A stretch of 63,867 nucleotides of DNA, the filler included, from Guillardia theta CCMP2712 (Eukaryota > Protista > Cryptophyta): NCBI RefSeq assembly GCF_000315625.1. It is 3 parts of 3 records of this genome, joined end to end, with 100 filler letters (N's around TTAATTAATTAA, not from the genome) between each part and the next. Parts side by side here need not be neighbours in the genome. Positions count along the whole stretch, not along the records: positions 1 to 12,919 come from NW_005434306.1; positions 13,020 to 39,640 come from NW_005434576.1; 1 more part is not named here. The stretch is one strand, 5' to 3'. The position numbers were made by a program, and so were the translations under genes. This document shows, in pieces, positions 12,808 through 25,332 of the stretch. Under the pieces are notes generated by a model. That model worked only from the letters and a program-made list of their open reading frames with translations, ran no database searches and was not told the DNA's origin. Each line of letters begins with the position of its first letter. The first letter of the stretch is position 1.

Positions 12808-13622
12808 GGTCTTTGTCTCTGACTTGGCTCCTTTGGGGCAGGTCAAATGCTCCGTCGCTCTTGTCCTCTTCCTCTGCATCGTCCCTGCGAGGTTGGAGAT
12901 GTGGGAGAAGCTGGTGGGANNNNNNNNNNNNNNNNNNNNNNNNNNNNNNNNNNNNNNNNNNNNTTAATTAATTAANNNNNNNNNNNNNNNNNNNNNNNNN
13001 NNNNNNNNNNNNNNNNNNNACAACGAAGCTGCCAGGGACTACACGGTTGACTTCAACTGTCCATGTGATACGCACCCACTCGGACTTCGCTCGTCACCCA
13101 TTCCCAATCAAGCCTGTGAGGCTCCCTCCTTCTACAGAGGTTGGATAGGAGGTGGAAGAGGCGGAGGAGGAGGAGGAGGAGGAGGTGTTGGTGGTATGGA
13201 TTAGGGGCAGAATCAAAATTCTTACGAGTCACGACCGTGCGAGACGCTTGAGCTACGCGGAATGTTCCTTGGCTACAGTGAATCTGTAAGACAGGAACAG
13301 GGAGGAGGACAGGAGGTCAGGAGGGTGGGGGGAAGAGGAGGAGGAGCAAGATATAGGAGGTGGGGAAGGAAGAGGAAGGGGAAGGAAGGGGAAGGGGGAG
13401 GAGAGGGGGAGGAGGAGGAGAGGGGGAGGAGGAGGAAGGAGGAGGAGGAGGAGGGAGGAGGAGGAGGAGGCAGAAGGGGGTCTCACTCGGGTGCTCTCGA
13501 CATCTCCGTCCTAGTCTGCTGGATTCGCTCTAGGGAGATAACTTCTGTCCCCTCCGAGCACTTGCCACTCGTAAGGGTGGAAAAGACGAAAATGTTGGGA
13601 ATCTGAAAAACAAATCACTTAG

Positions 13623-13656
<34 letters not shown>

Positions 13657-15924
13657 TCTCACTGTCTACAATTTTCTACTTACCTCTTTCCCAATTTTCT
13701 CCTCCTCTCTCCATTCTCTCGACCTCTTTTCGACTCCTCTATCCTCTTCGCTGCCCTCAAATCCTCTACAACCTGTTCCCATGCTCATCCAGTCTTTCCT
13801 GCTGCTCGTGCTCCCCTCACTACCTTGAAGAACTGCGGAAGAAGATGACAAAAGTCTCCCATGCAGGGCTGACGGCCGATGCCGGGAAGACGCGATGTCG
13901 TTTCCCCATCCTCCTCCTGCAGCCGCCACTTGTCATGCAGATGAAAACGAAGGGAAGGAGAAGGACGAAATATGAAACAGAGCAACAAGGAGAGGGGAAG
14001 GGGAGAGATGGAGAGGGGGGGAGTTAGAAGAAACGAACCTGCTTTGCATCTACAGTGTGTATGTAGGGACATGCAATGAGGCTAGGATATACGTCAGAAG
14101 CTGGCAGCAGAGGAAGAGGAGAAGGAGGAGGAGGAGGAGGAGAGGGACGACAAGGAGGAGAGGGACGACGAGGAGGAGAGGGACAAGGAGGAGGAGAGGG
14201 CTGGGGGGGAGAGGAGGAGAGGGAGGAGGAGAGGAACTTGATTTCTGGCCACCTTGGATGCATCAAGCTGCTCCTGGAGTCGTCTACCTGGAAATACTGC
14301 GAGATATGAGAGGAGGAGGTGAGGGGAGAAATGAAGGCGGGCAGGGGGTGGGGGGTAATGGGACGTACCACTTCGCACTTGACAACACTCCTTCCCTCCT
14401 GTGGTGGACTCAGCAGTGAGAGGAAGAAGGAAGGAGCAAGGAGANNNNNNNNNNNNNNNNNNNNNNNNNNNNNNNNNNNNNNNNNNNNNNNNNNNNNNNN
14501 NNNNNNNNNNNNNNNNNNNNNNNNNNNNNNNNNNNNNNNNNNNNNNNNNNNNNNNNNNNNNNNNNNNNNNNNNNNNNNNNNNNNNNNNNNNNNNNNNNNN
14601 NNNNNNNNNNNNNNNNNNNNNNNNNNNNNNNNNNNNNNNNNNNNNNNNNNNNNNNNNNNNNNNNNNNNNNNNNNNNNNNNNNNNNNNNNNNNNNNNNNNN
14701 NNNNNNNNNNNNNNNNNNNNNNNNNNNNNNNNNNNNNNNNNNNNNNNNNNNNNNNNNNNNNNNNNNNNNNNNNNNNNNNNNNNNNNNNNNNNNNNNNNNN
14801 NNNNNNNNNNNNNNNNNNNNNNNNNNNNNNNNNNNNNNNNNNNNNNNNNNNNNNNNNNNNNNNNNNNNNNNNNNNNNNNNNNNNNNNNNNNNACTCGCCA
14901 TCTCCGCCTCCTTTCATCCTTCTAGTAACTGCACTATCGACCAACTCCACCCTCCTCCTCTCTTTTCCTTCTCATCCTTCACCCCCTTCACCCCCTTCTC
15001 CCCCTCCTCCTTCACCTCCTCCCCCTCCTCCTCCCCCTCCACAAATCCTCCTCCTCCTCCTCCTCCTCTCCACTCTCACCTCTCCGACTTGAGCTTGTAC
15101 CTTCCCTTCCCCTCCTCCTTCTTCGCGAGCTTGTCAAAAGCAGGAACGTGAAACTCCTGAGTCACTTCGGCCGAGTAGTTGCCAGACTTTGTCTCCCTAG
15201 AGAAGACACATTTGTACACCACTCCTGTGAATAGATACACAGATACACGTCAGGAACTCTTCTTCCAAGTTTCTATCTCCTCTCTCCTCTCTCCTCCCTT
15301 CTTCCTTCTTCTTCCCTCTTCCCCCGCCCACACACTTCATGCTCGTGATCGTGGTCGTGCTCCTCCCACCTCCTTCCTCTCCTCTCCACCTCCCCTCTCC
15401 CTCCCTCGTTCATCACTACCGGGCTCCATCCTCGAGGCGATCGCCTGCACCGCCACCACGTGCTTCAACCCGCTCTGCTGCTCCTTAGCCAGCGCGGTGA
15501 ACTCCGCATGCGACAGCGGGAGGAAGGAAACGTCGCTCCCCTCCCTGATCCACAGGAGCCCAAAGTTCACAACCTCCCTCCTCTTCCCGAACTTCAAGCT
15601 CTCCGGCAGCTTCTCCCAGCTGGCATGCAGGCAGCTCTCCATGGCCGCCCACACCTTCTCGGGCAGCTGGCGGGACATAAGGTGTCCATCCTCCTGGCGC
15701 GAGAAGAACCAGAGGGAAGGAGCACCGTCGTTGAAGAGGATGGTCTCGGGGACCGGGCAGAGGAAGAGCCCTTGCTTCTTGCTCCGTGGGATCTTCATCT
15801 CCTTGACAAGCTGAGTCCACTCAGAGGAATCGATGGTCCCACTGCCGTCCTTATCGAAAGCTTTCCTGCCCGAAGCCTTGTCAGATTGCCAATGTAACAA
15901 AAACATCATTGTTGTAGCCTCCTG

Positions 15925-15956
<32 letters not shown>

Positions 15957-16760
15957 TCTTCTCCTTCTCCATCAAATCCGCTCGCAAGCATGCTGACTCA
16001 CACGAAAGCCCAGAGGTCGTTCAAAGTGATGTCCTTGGGAATCCCGTTCATGCCGTAAAGACCGAACACCTGGCAAGGAGGCAGGAAGTCACCAGAGGAG
16101 CGAACAGGTGCTGGTGACTGCTGGTCAACTCACAAACTCCTTCAGAGTCAACGAGCCTCCTCGGTCCTTGTCCAGGCGATGGAACATGTCGATCGCTCGG
16201 TCCACACCCCTGCCGATGAAGAAGGTTGCCAGCTGTGGGCTTGCATCACAAACATGACCAAGGGGAGGAGGGCTGGGGCAGGGAGAGAGGGAGAGGGAGA
16301 GGGAGAGGGAGAGGGAGAGGGAGAGGGAGAGGGAGAGGGAGAGGGAGAGGGAGAGGGAGAGGGAGAGGGAGAGGGAGAGGGAGATGGGCAGGGAAAAGGA
16401 GAGATGAAAAGACAAGAGGACCAGGATGAGGGAGAGGAAGATGGGATCTCTCTACCTGCTGATCCTTCCTCTTCTTCCTATACCTCTTGTTCAGGTCCCA
16501 AATCTTTCCCAAGGCAACCAGTCAGCTGTTCACCCTTGACAGCAGCTCGTCCTCACCGTCTCAAAGATCCATGGGAAATCCCTGATGATCTGTCCCTCGT
16601 TCTCGTCGTCAGACATGCTGATCTCTCGTGCTGATCGCAGAAGCCTTCAAGGCTGTTCCATGGGTGCAGAGCCCTCCGGTCCCTCGGTTGTGCCAGCGAG
16701 TCAATCCTGATAACACAACAGCATGAGAGCCTATGGCTACTGTCCAGCACTGGCATCCCT
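12190..16760 (-). CDS. Multi-exon EF-hand calcium-binding protein (approximate limits, spans assembly gaps)
   Basis: Two canonical EF loops, DKDRGGSLTLKEF (~16135-16175) and DKDGSGTIDSSEW (~15816-15858). Further GT-AG-bounded exons continue downstream. Confidence 0.6.
12920..13019. other. Assembly gap with TTAATTAATTAA linker (also at 39641-39740); plain gaps at 14445-14892 and 60450-60549
   Basis: N-runs flank an identical 12-mer that places stop codons in all six frames. Confidence 0.95.
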
Positions 16761-18411
16761 TCAGGATTCACCAACATACACACTTGTTTCTACCGACAGA
16801 GTGAACCTGTCTCTGCTAATTCTCTTCTAGCCTCCCATTTTCCTCTTGTCCGGACCAGCCCAGTCTTTGCTGACCAGTCCGTTCCACCCGGCACTCCTCT
16901 TCAGCCTCCCCTTTTCAACTCAGCAGCTTCCTCCTCTCCTCCTCTCCTCCTCTCCTCCTCTCCTCTCCTCCTCTCCTCCTGTCCTCCTGTCCTCCTGTCC
17001 TCAGCCCTCCTGTCCTCCTGTCCTCCTGTCCTCCTGTCCTCCTGTCCTCCTGTCCTCCTGTCCTCCTGTCCTCCTGTCCTGTCCTCCTCTCCTCCTGTCC
17101 TCCTGTCCTCCTCTCCTTCTCTCCTCCTCTTGTCCTCGAGTCGTCCTCCTGTCCTCCTGTCCTCCTGTCCTCCTCTCCTGTCCTCCTCTTCCTCATGTTC
17201 GCCATGGTTTTTTGGCCGCACTCAGGTCCTCAACTGATCTCCGTCAAACTGATGGTACTGAGCGGGGATGTGGGTTTCATTGACGAAAGAGGGGGATGAG
17301 TTTGCATGGGTCTGAGAGGAGATGTGGTTTGGAAATCTAGAGCTTCCCTCATATAAAGGGGTACCTTAGTACAGGGTGGGTATATCTTGGTAAAAAGGAC
17401 GGGTGTGAGAGTATCGAGGGGTGTTTCCAAAACGGGTGGGGGTGGTTGACTTTCAAAACTATGAAAAAATGACGGTGAAGACATACCCACCCCCATTTCC
17501 GAATATCAGTACCCCACCCCCTAATTGTACAATTTTTCATTGGAGAGAGTCTGGGATTCAGGGGGTAGGGTATTTTATGTACCGGTCTTCAAATTCATCT
17601 AACGAAAATGACCACCCCTAAAAAAACAACCACCCCTTGAGACCTGAAAAGTACCCGTCCGTCTAACTTCAATATCTGCGGTAGTGCGTTAATACTACCC
17701 CCCAAGGGTTCTAAAAAGAGTGACCACCCCCATCATTTACCAGACACAAATAGACCACCCCTTGGGTAGATGTACTCCCCATGACCGTTCACTACCCATT
17801 TGTTTCCTCACAGCTGAAGGAAAATTGAGGGTGGGGTACTCTACCCCACCACCATTGGAAAACAGTCGATTTCATCGTTGCGTCATGCATGCGCAATGCA
17901 TGGTGGCGACAGGGGGAGGAGAACGAGGAGGACGAGGAGGACGGAGACGACGAGAGGCAGGAGAGAGATATCAGAGAGGTTGTACCGAAGGCATGGTCTT
18001 GGAGCTGGATGAAGCATCTGCCGTCGTTGCTCGACGAGAGCTTGTTTCACAGTGATCGGAGGGACAAGGAACTTTCTTGTCGCAAGGCAGAGGCGTGGAA
18101 TACCAGGGTTGCTTCAGTTGATTCAGAAGCATCGTAACACTGAGGACGAGGACACCTAACAAGCCGCTCACAAGACTGGGCTAAGGAACACGGAATCTAG
18201 GATTTGAAGGAAGGAAATATGGATATGGTACCATCTCACGGGTGGAAGGGAGCCTGAGCTGAACGGAAAAGACGAGACGAGAAGACATAGGAAGACAAGC
18301 AAGCAGCAGGAGAGGTCGCAGGGGCGTGGAGATTTGCATAGAAGTAGAGGAGAAGGCAAGAGTTGAACGAAGACGGGAGTGTACACAAGTCCTGTGTTGG
18401 TGTGTAGAAGG

Positions 18412-19748
18412 ATGCGACCAAGTCCGATCTCCTTCCGAGAGCTGAGGCTAGAGGAGGTGGTTGTGAGGAAGCACATCCACACGGCATGCCTGTTCCTCCT
18501 CGCTCTCGTGGCGGCAGGAACCATCCTTGTACACCTGCGCAGCGTGCTGATACCGTTCGTGCTCGCCATGGGCCTTTTCTACTCCCTGGTCCCGATCGTC
18601 GACATGCTCTCCGACCAGACTTGGCAGAGGACCCCCAGGGCGCGGAGTCCGCGCGCGCAGGGAGGGAAGGCTTTCTCGAAGAAGAAGGAGGGACTATCCG
18701 GCTACGATTCGGATGACTACAAGTACGGTAACGAAGGAGCAGGAGGAGCAGGAGCAGGAGCAGTAGGTGTAGTCCCTCCTATCGTTGTGGTCTCGGAGTC
18801 GATCTCCTCTCTCCTGCAGTGTCGGCTGCCCAGGCCCATGGCGGTGGTGGTAGCACTGATGTTCGCATGTGTGCTGATCGCTATGATACTAGTCGTAATC
18901 TTCTCGTCGGTGAATGAGCTAGCGGCGCATGCGGAGCGATACTCGGCGCGGGTGCGATCGATGGCGGACTGGGTGATCAGGTGGGGGAAACTGATGGGTA
19001 TGGACATCAGCAACCAGGGGATAGCAGAGAAGCTTCTGCACCACTCGGCGTTCCTGAGCGAGATGGTCGTGAAGAGCGTGAGCCTGGCAGTAGAGGAGAT
19101 GACGAATGGCTTCTTGATGCTGCTGTTCACCGTGTACCTGCTCCTCGGGTACGCGTCGAGCCCCCCGGATGAGAAGAGGGTGAGTGGAGTGAGGGCAGAG
19201 ATCGACATGCAGGTGAAGCGCTACATCGGGTTCAAGGTTCTCCTGTCGACCACCACCGGCATCGTCATCGGAATTTCCTTGCTGATCCTCAAAGTCGACC
19301 TGGCACTGGTGTTCGGCCTCCTGGCCGGGCTCCTCAACTTCATCCCCAACGTGGGAGGCGTGATCTCGACCCTCCTCCCGATGCCTGTGGTGATCTTCGA
19401 CCCCTCCAAGACCTGGCTCGACATCTTCCTTGCCTTCGCCATCCCCAGCTTCGTGCATGCCGTCACCGGCAACATTATCGAGCCGCGCGTGCTCGGGGGC
19501 GCGATGGACCTCCACCCGGTCGTGGTGCTGCTCTCGCTGATGCTGTGGGGGTCCTTGTGGGGGGTGGTCGGAATGATCCTCTCGGTCCCCATCACTGCAG
19601 TGATCAAGATCTGCTTGCAGAGCCTGGACCACCCGCTGCCTCGGGTGAGGAGAGGAAGAGGGAGGGGGAGGGAGAAGGGAAGGAGAGGGGAGGATAAGGG
19701 GTCGGGTGGTGGGGAGGAAGAGGGAGGGAAGGAAGGGGAAGGGTGTTG

Positions 19749-19803
<55 letters not shown>

Positions 19804-20459
19804 CTCGCGGTGATCCTTGCTTCCAGTTTCTTGCGGGGATGTTCGAGGGAAGGGTTGAATCGCCCGGGGAGCCAAGCTTCTCCTACTCTCAGATACCTTC
19901 GAGCTCGGTAGACTGCATGTCTTTGCTTTCTCTCCTTTCCTCCCCTGTTATTCCCTCTCCCCGCTTCCCCTTCCTCCTCTTCCCTCTAATCTTACTCCTT
20001 CGCTTCCAGGTCGAGCATGAGATGATCGAAGTGAACGTCGTTCCTGATGTTGCAAGAAGCCCGGAGGACATTGACGAGGTCCATTCCGTTCCTCCCTCCT
20101 CCTTGCTCCTCCTCCTCCTTGCTCCTCCTCCTCCTTGCTCCTACTCCTACTCCTACTCTACCATCATCTCCTCCTCCTCCATCATCTCCTACTGCCCCCC
20201 CCCGATCCCCAACCCATTCTCTTCCTGCTTCCTTCCTATCTTCCTGCTTGTCCTAATTCTGCTTCTCCTCCTCCGTCCTCGTACTTCCCTTCTGCGCATT
20301 CACCTGCCCCTTCCACCCTTCTTCCCCCTCCTTCCCCCACTTCTTTCCGCTACCTCTCTCCTCTCTTCCCCCTTGCTTCGTCCCTTCTCATCCCGTTTCT
20401 CGCAGAGCAAGAGTGACTTTTATCCGGCCGCCCGGCCAGTCACCTGCGATCTCTCGTGA
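18412..20459 (+). CDS. AI-2E family (PerM/TqsA-like) membrane transporter, multi-exon; possible extra 5' exon from ~17889
   Basis: Motifs LIPFVLA, LLNFIPNVGG.I, GNIIEPRVLG..MDLHPVVVLLSL.LWG.LWGVVGMILSVPITAVIKI. Donor at ~19645 followed by three short 3' exons ending TGA at 20459. Confidence 0.88.
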
Positions 20460-20815
20460 CCTCCTCTTATTCTTTCCCGTGCTGCCGACGATGTACATTA
20501 ACAGAAGAGATACGATAAGAACGCATAACGAACGTTTGTTTGAACAGTAATGAAGTCAAATTAAAAAGATTTGACGGGGAGGAGGAGGCAGAACAGGAAC
20601 CAGGACCGATCGCATGTTGTGAACAAGATGATCAGTGATGAGCACAACATATCAAGAAGACGATCAAGAATCTCAGGCGGTGTAGACGTGTCGGGACATG
20701 ACGCCATGCCAGTGTAAACTTTATGACCATCATTTCGTCTTCATGGCAAATTTGAAACTTTATTGATACATTTCACCATCACAGAAATTTAACACACCAA
20801 GAGTTTAGACAAACA

Positions 20816-23068
20816 TCAAGTCACGCCATTCTACAGAAACATGAGAAAATCCAGCCACCACCGCCGCCACCACCTTCTCCTCCTCCTCCTCCAACACCAC
20901 CACCACCACCACCTCCTCCTCCTCCTCCTCCATCACCACCACCACCACCACCACCACCACTTCACCATCCCTTCCCCCATCCTCTCTTGCACCTCCTACA
21001 CCTCCTGCACCCCCTTTCCTCTCATTCGATAGTTTTCTCCTTCTGCTCCCCGCTCACTTGAATCTGCGCGGACAGCAGGACAACCTCCTTTCCCTCGTGC
21101 GCGTTGAAGCTGATGGGTCGAGAGATGTTGAGGCAGGCGAAGGGAGGAAAGACGATCTCGTCCTCGTGCGGATACTGCGAGAGCCACTGCAACTGAGACA
21201 GGAGAGTCAGAAGCCACCATCGGTGAGGAGATGAGAGATGAGCGGGAGCATGAAGAGAGGCACAGGCAAGAGCTGTTGCAGGGGCAAGAGCAGGGCAACA
21301 TCCAGATCTCCTCCTCCTCTGCATCCCCCTCCGTCCTTCCTTCCTTGTGCCCCTCGTCCTTGTCCTCGTCCTCTCCTCGTCCTCCATCATACCTCTGCTC
21401 CGATGGTCCTGTCGTAGGAGCAGATCTCGAGGATGATGGGAAGGTGCGAGCTTCCATCCTCCCCCTCCTCTCCGGCCTTACCCGAGATGTTCTTCCACTC
21501 GCTGGAGGCAGAGATGAAGTTTGGCTCCATGTTGAGCAAGCTCCCCTCCAGGATGCGCTGTTGCAAGCTGCTGTCGTTGGCGTTGGGCTTGAGGCATCGG
21601 TAGAGCTTCTTGTTGGAGGGGATGCTATTGGAACTGGCGAGCTTGAGGATGCCTGAGGAGATGAGCTGGATGGTAGTCGGGAAGTCACCGCTGTAACTGG
21701 TGCGATCGTTGTCACCGATGGAGTTGAAATATTGCCTGCGGTCATGATGAGAAGTTTTCATATCGGTCGTCATCGTCAACGACAGCAGTGACAACGATAT
21801 CATCGTCATCCCCATCATAATCAGTAGCAGCAGCACTATCTCTATCATCATCACCACCACCACCACCATTAGCACCAGCGCCATCACAAGCAAGCAAGCA
21901 AGCGCCTCGGTCTTCACCTGATGCTCTCGTTGTACTTGACGTGCATGGGCCCCGTGTACAACCTTAGCCCAATCAACTCACCCTTGGTCAGCCGAGACCG
22001 CGAAAACACCTCCTGTTGCATGAGCTCTTCCAGCGACCTCCTGACCCTCCCCACGTGCTCCTCCTCCTGCTCCTCTCCCGGATACCTCACGCCTTCCTTG
22101 GGTCCCGTCACAAACTCCCACTCCATACGTGCGTTGGTCGGGGCATCCAGGCATCCACTGGTGATCGCCTCCAAAGCATCATGCTCTTTCCGCATCATAT
22201 CGATCTGCTCCTCCTCCTCCTCCTCGTTTCCCTTCTCCTCCGCGCTCAACCCCTTGCTGAACTCGATCTTCTTGATCGAAAAGGTGCAGGGCAGCTCGCT
22301 GGTGAACTTGGAGGAGGACGGTCCCTCCTGTGACCGCGAGCTCAAGTCCTTCATGTCCTCCAGTCCACTTTGCATCGCCGTCAATACATCATGATGCAGG
22401 TCCTGAAGGTGATAGGAGAGGTCGTCCGGGTGTGCGGCAAGGGCCTTGAGGGGGTTGTCTTGCAGCATCCTGCCGTCTTCGAGCAGCTTCTCTGCGATGA
22501 TGTCGTAGACGTCAAGGTCTGTGAACCAGCCCTTCAAGCACTCCTTGCACCTGTGCCGCAGCAGCTTCTGCTTCAAATCCTGTAGATCAAGCTCCCCCAC
22601 ATTCTGAAAGTCCATGATGCGGAAAATCTCCTGGCTCTCCTCAACGCTGAAATGGAACCCCAACTCCTTCAAGACGTCTGCCGCCTGCCCCTTCTCGAAG
22701 TATCTCGACCTCCTCCTCTCACACTCGGAGAAGATCTCATCAATCTTTGCCTTCGGGTAGGCAATTCCATTGAACCTTTGCAACATAATGCTAAGCACAT
22801 TGTTGGTCCTCCTCGTCCGGTGCAGCTTCAGTCCCGCCGATGGAGACACCTTGAACGAGACCGACTTCTTGAGCTTGCTGTCACATGATTTGCTCTTCTT
22901 CATAGATGTTCTCTGTGCCTCACTGTCTTGGTTCTTTCCACTGTCTTGGTCCTTTCCGTGCGCGGAGGATATTTTCTTCAGGTACTCGCTCTGCACCAAG
23001 AGCATCCCACGAAGCTTGTCTATAGTAGACATGATGAAACCGTGATTCTTTTTCCTCAACAATCCCAC
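20816..23068 (-). CDS. EF-hand + R-S-E-type mono-ADP-ribosyltransferase domain protein (multi-exon)
   Basis: EF-like DFQNVGELDLQDL. ART signature across exons: LRLYTGPM..KYN, TTI..ISSGILKL, KLYR, NFISAS, LSQYPHEDEIVFPP. Introns at 21917-21736 and 21392-21193. Confidence 0.8.
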
Positions 23069-25332
23069 AAGCGATCAGATTACTTCTAGATCTGCAACAA
23101 CCAGAAGTTAACCTCAACCATTCTTAATCATTCGACTATACGCGAATCGCTTCAGAGATCACCCAACTCAGACCTGGTACACTAGGAACAAGTTCACATG
23201 TTCCTCAATTTCATTTTCTTGCGTTTCTAATCTTGCGGATGCATTCTAGTAGCTTTAATGGTGCTCTATAAACTTGCCTCTTGTTGCCTTCCTGTACAAA
23301 TTTCCACGGTCCGCACTTGCGGGAAACTGAAAACTTAGATTCATCAATTGGAGCTTTTTCAAGGTATCCTGCTCATCGTCTCGATTTCAACCTCTCTCAT
23401 TGGATCAACTGGAAGCGTTCCATCTAAATACCATCTATGATTATGCTTCTCCTATTGAAATCCCCCTCTCCTGTACATCCTGCATTCCTTTCATGTCCTG
23501 CCGCTTCTCGGTTACCCTAAAGTCACTGCATGGTCGCGATAAATCCTTTCGTGACCCCACCCCCCTTTGCTCCTCTTCTTGGTGTTAAAAACGAGACCTC
23601 TTCATACCCTACCCCCTAGAAGGCTCAGATGTTATCTATGAGGTACCCCTGCCTTCATCGAGTTTCATGTACCCCTACCCCTCCTTCGGGAAGGTGTCCT
23701 CTTCGGGGAAGTCAAAAAAAAAAGGGTTTACTACACAATTAATAGGACTACCCCCACCCCCAAATCTCTGAGAAAGTACCCCTCTGTAAAGGATTAGCAC
23801 CATCGTATCTCCGCCTCAACAGATACAATAGTAGTACTTCTGCTTGTACCAGGAAAGTGATGAGCTATCTTTGAAAAATATTTTATGATACGTCTCTGGG
23901 ACCGATATAGGCAGAAGAAGTGTCCTCAATGTATTCCATATTCATATCTTGAGGGGGGCTCGAATTTCTTATGAGTTCTTTACCCTACCCACTATTTGAG
24001 GCAGTGAACAAGGGGTAATACCTTTCGTTCCCACCTACCCCATCTATCAGATGAAACTACCCACCCTTTCCTACTTTCAGACATCAATCTCCCCACCTTC
24101 CTTTCCCTCCTCAATTCCTTTTGAATGCAGGGGTAGTCTGAATGGTACTGTAGAAGGTCATAGCACAACATAGGAAATGGTAGTCCAAAGCTTAGATCAC
24201 CCCTTTTTCCTTGTGGATAGAAGGGGGTACTTTATCCATCCACTATCGATCGACGAAACTACCCTACCTGTCTCCGTCCCTTTTCCCACATTCACCCTAC
24301 CCTTTTTTGTAGTTTCGTCTGTACACCCCCACCCTCTCAATTCACAGCAACTCCAGTACCCCTTGTCTTCGACACTATCATTCTACCCCTACTTGTTCTA
24401 TTACCAATTACCCCTTGCAGGTACCCCTGCAATTTCAAACTACCCCTACCCCACTTCATAACAACCCCCAAGGTCGACTTTCAATGACACCTGTCCAGTT
24501 CCTACTACCCTACCCACATCTACCGAAGTCACAGGTAATCCACCCCCTTTTCCCCCATCTTTCTGCTATTCCTTTGAGCGAGTGGGTGGTCACCCCCACC
24601 GGCTGTACTTCTCTTTCATGAACTACCCCAATGAAATCCAACTGAGTACCCCTACCTCTTTCTACCTTGATACCCACCCTTTTACTACCCTACCCCCTAA
24701 ATTTCTCCATCTGCCCCACCCCTAGACCCCGCCGCGGCGCGAGCGCTTTGTCCTTCCCGTCCGCAATGGCGGCTGTGGATTAGGGGCACTCTGCCTTCAA
24801 TGCAGCTTCTGGAGCTGCTGTCATTCGTGCTCTGTCTTCTCCTTTCCTTCTCGATTTCTCTTGCATCGCTTCTTCTCTTCATTGGACTTCGTTTCTGCGT
24901 CCATGCCCCTCAGCATTTCGTGCCCCTCAGGCTGCATGCTCGCCTGTTTCTTAATGCTGACGAAAGCAGTAATCGCTTTCCCATCGCTCGCCATTCTTAT
25001 ATCGTGGCTTCCGTTTCATATCCATTTTGATTTGCGGATGACCTATCTTGATTGATTCTCTATCAAGACTCATTTGTTTCAGTGTGAAGTGTTGTATTGT
25101 GGCTTGGAATAGTGCAAATGATTGATTATTTTTCAGACATTATATGATACATCCCTTGTGCTACCTCTCTGATTTTTTTTGCTTTTCAGCTTCACCTGAC
25201 CTGGCCTTGGGCTGGTCGGAGATGGATGGAGTGGAGGTATAAGTTGGCGTAGGTGTTGCTGAAACTTTACTGCCCGATCCTGCATTCAGGAACGATCGGG
25301 CAGGGAGAAATCTTGGAGGGATTCAATAGTAT

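Noticed and set aside
12964-12975. TTAATTAATTAA palindrome (also 39685-39696)
   Set aside because: Artificial linker centred in N-runs.
14024-15092. Long ORFs spanning N-runs
   Set aside because: Artefacts of translating assembly gaps.
18919-19875. 318-aa minus-strand ORF
   Set aside because: Antisense shadow of the AI-2E transporter exon.
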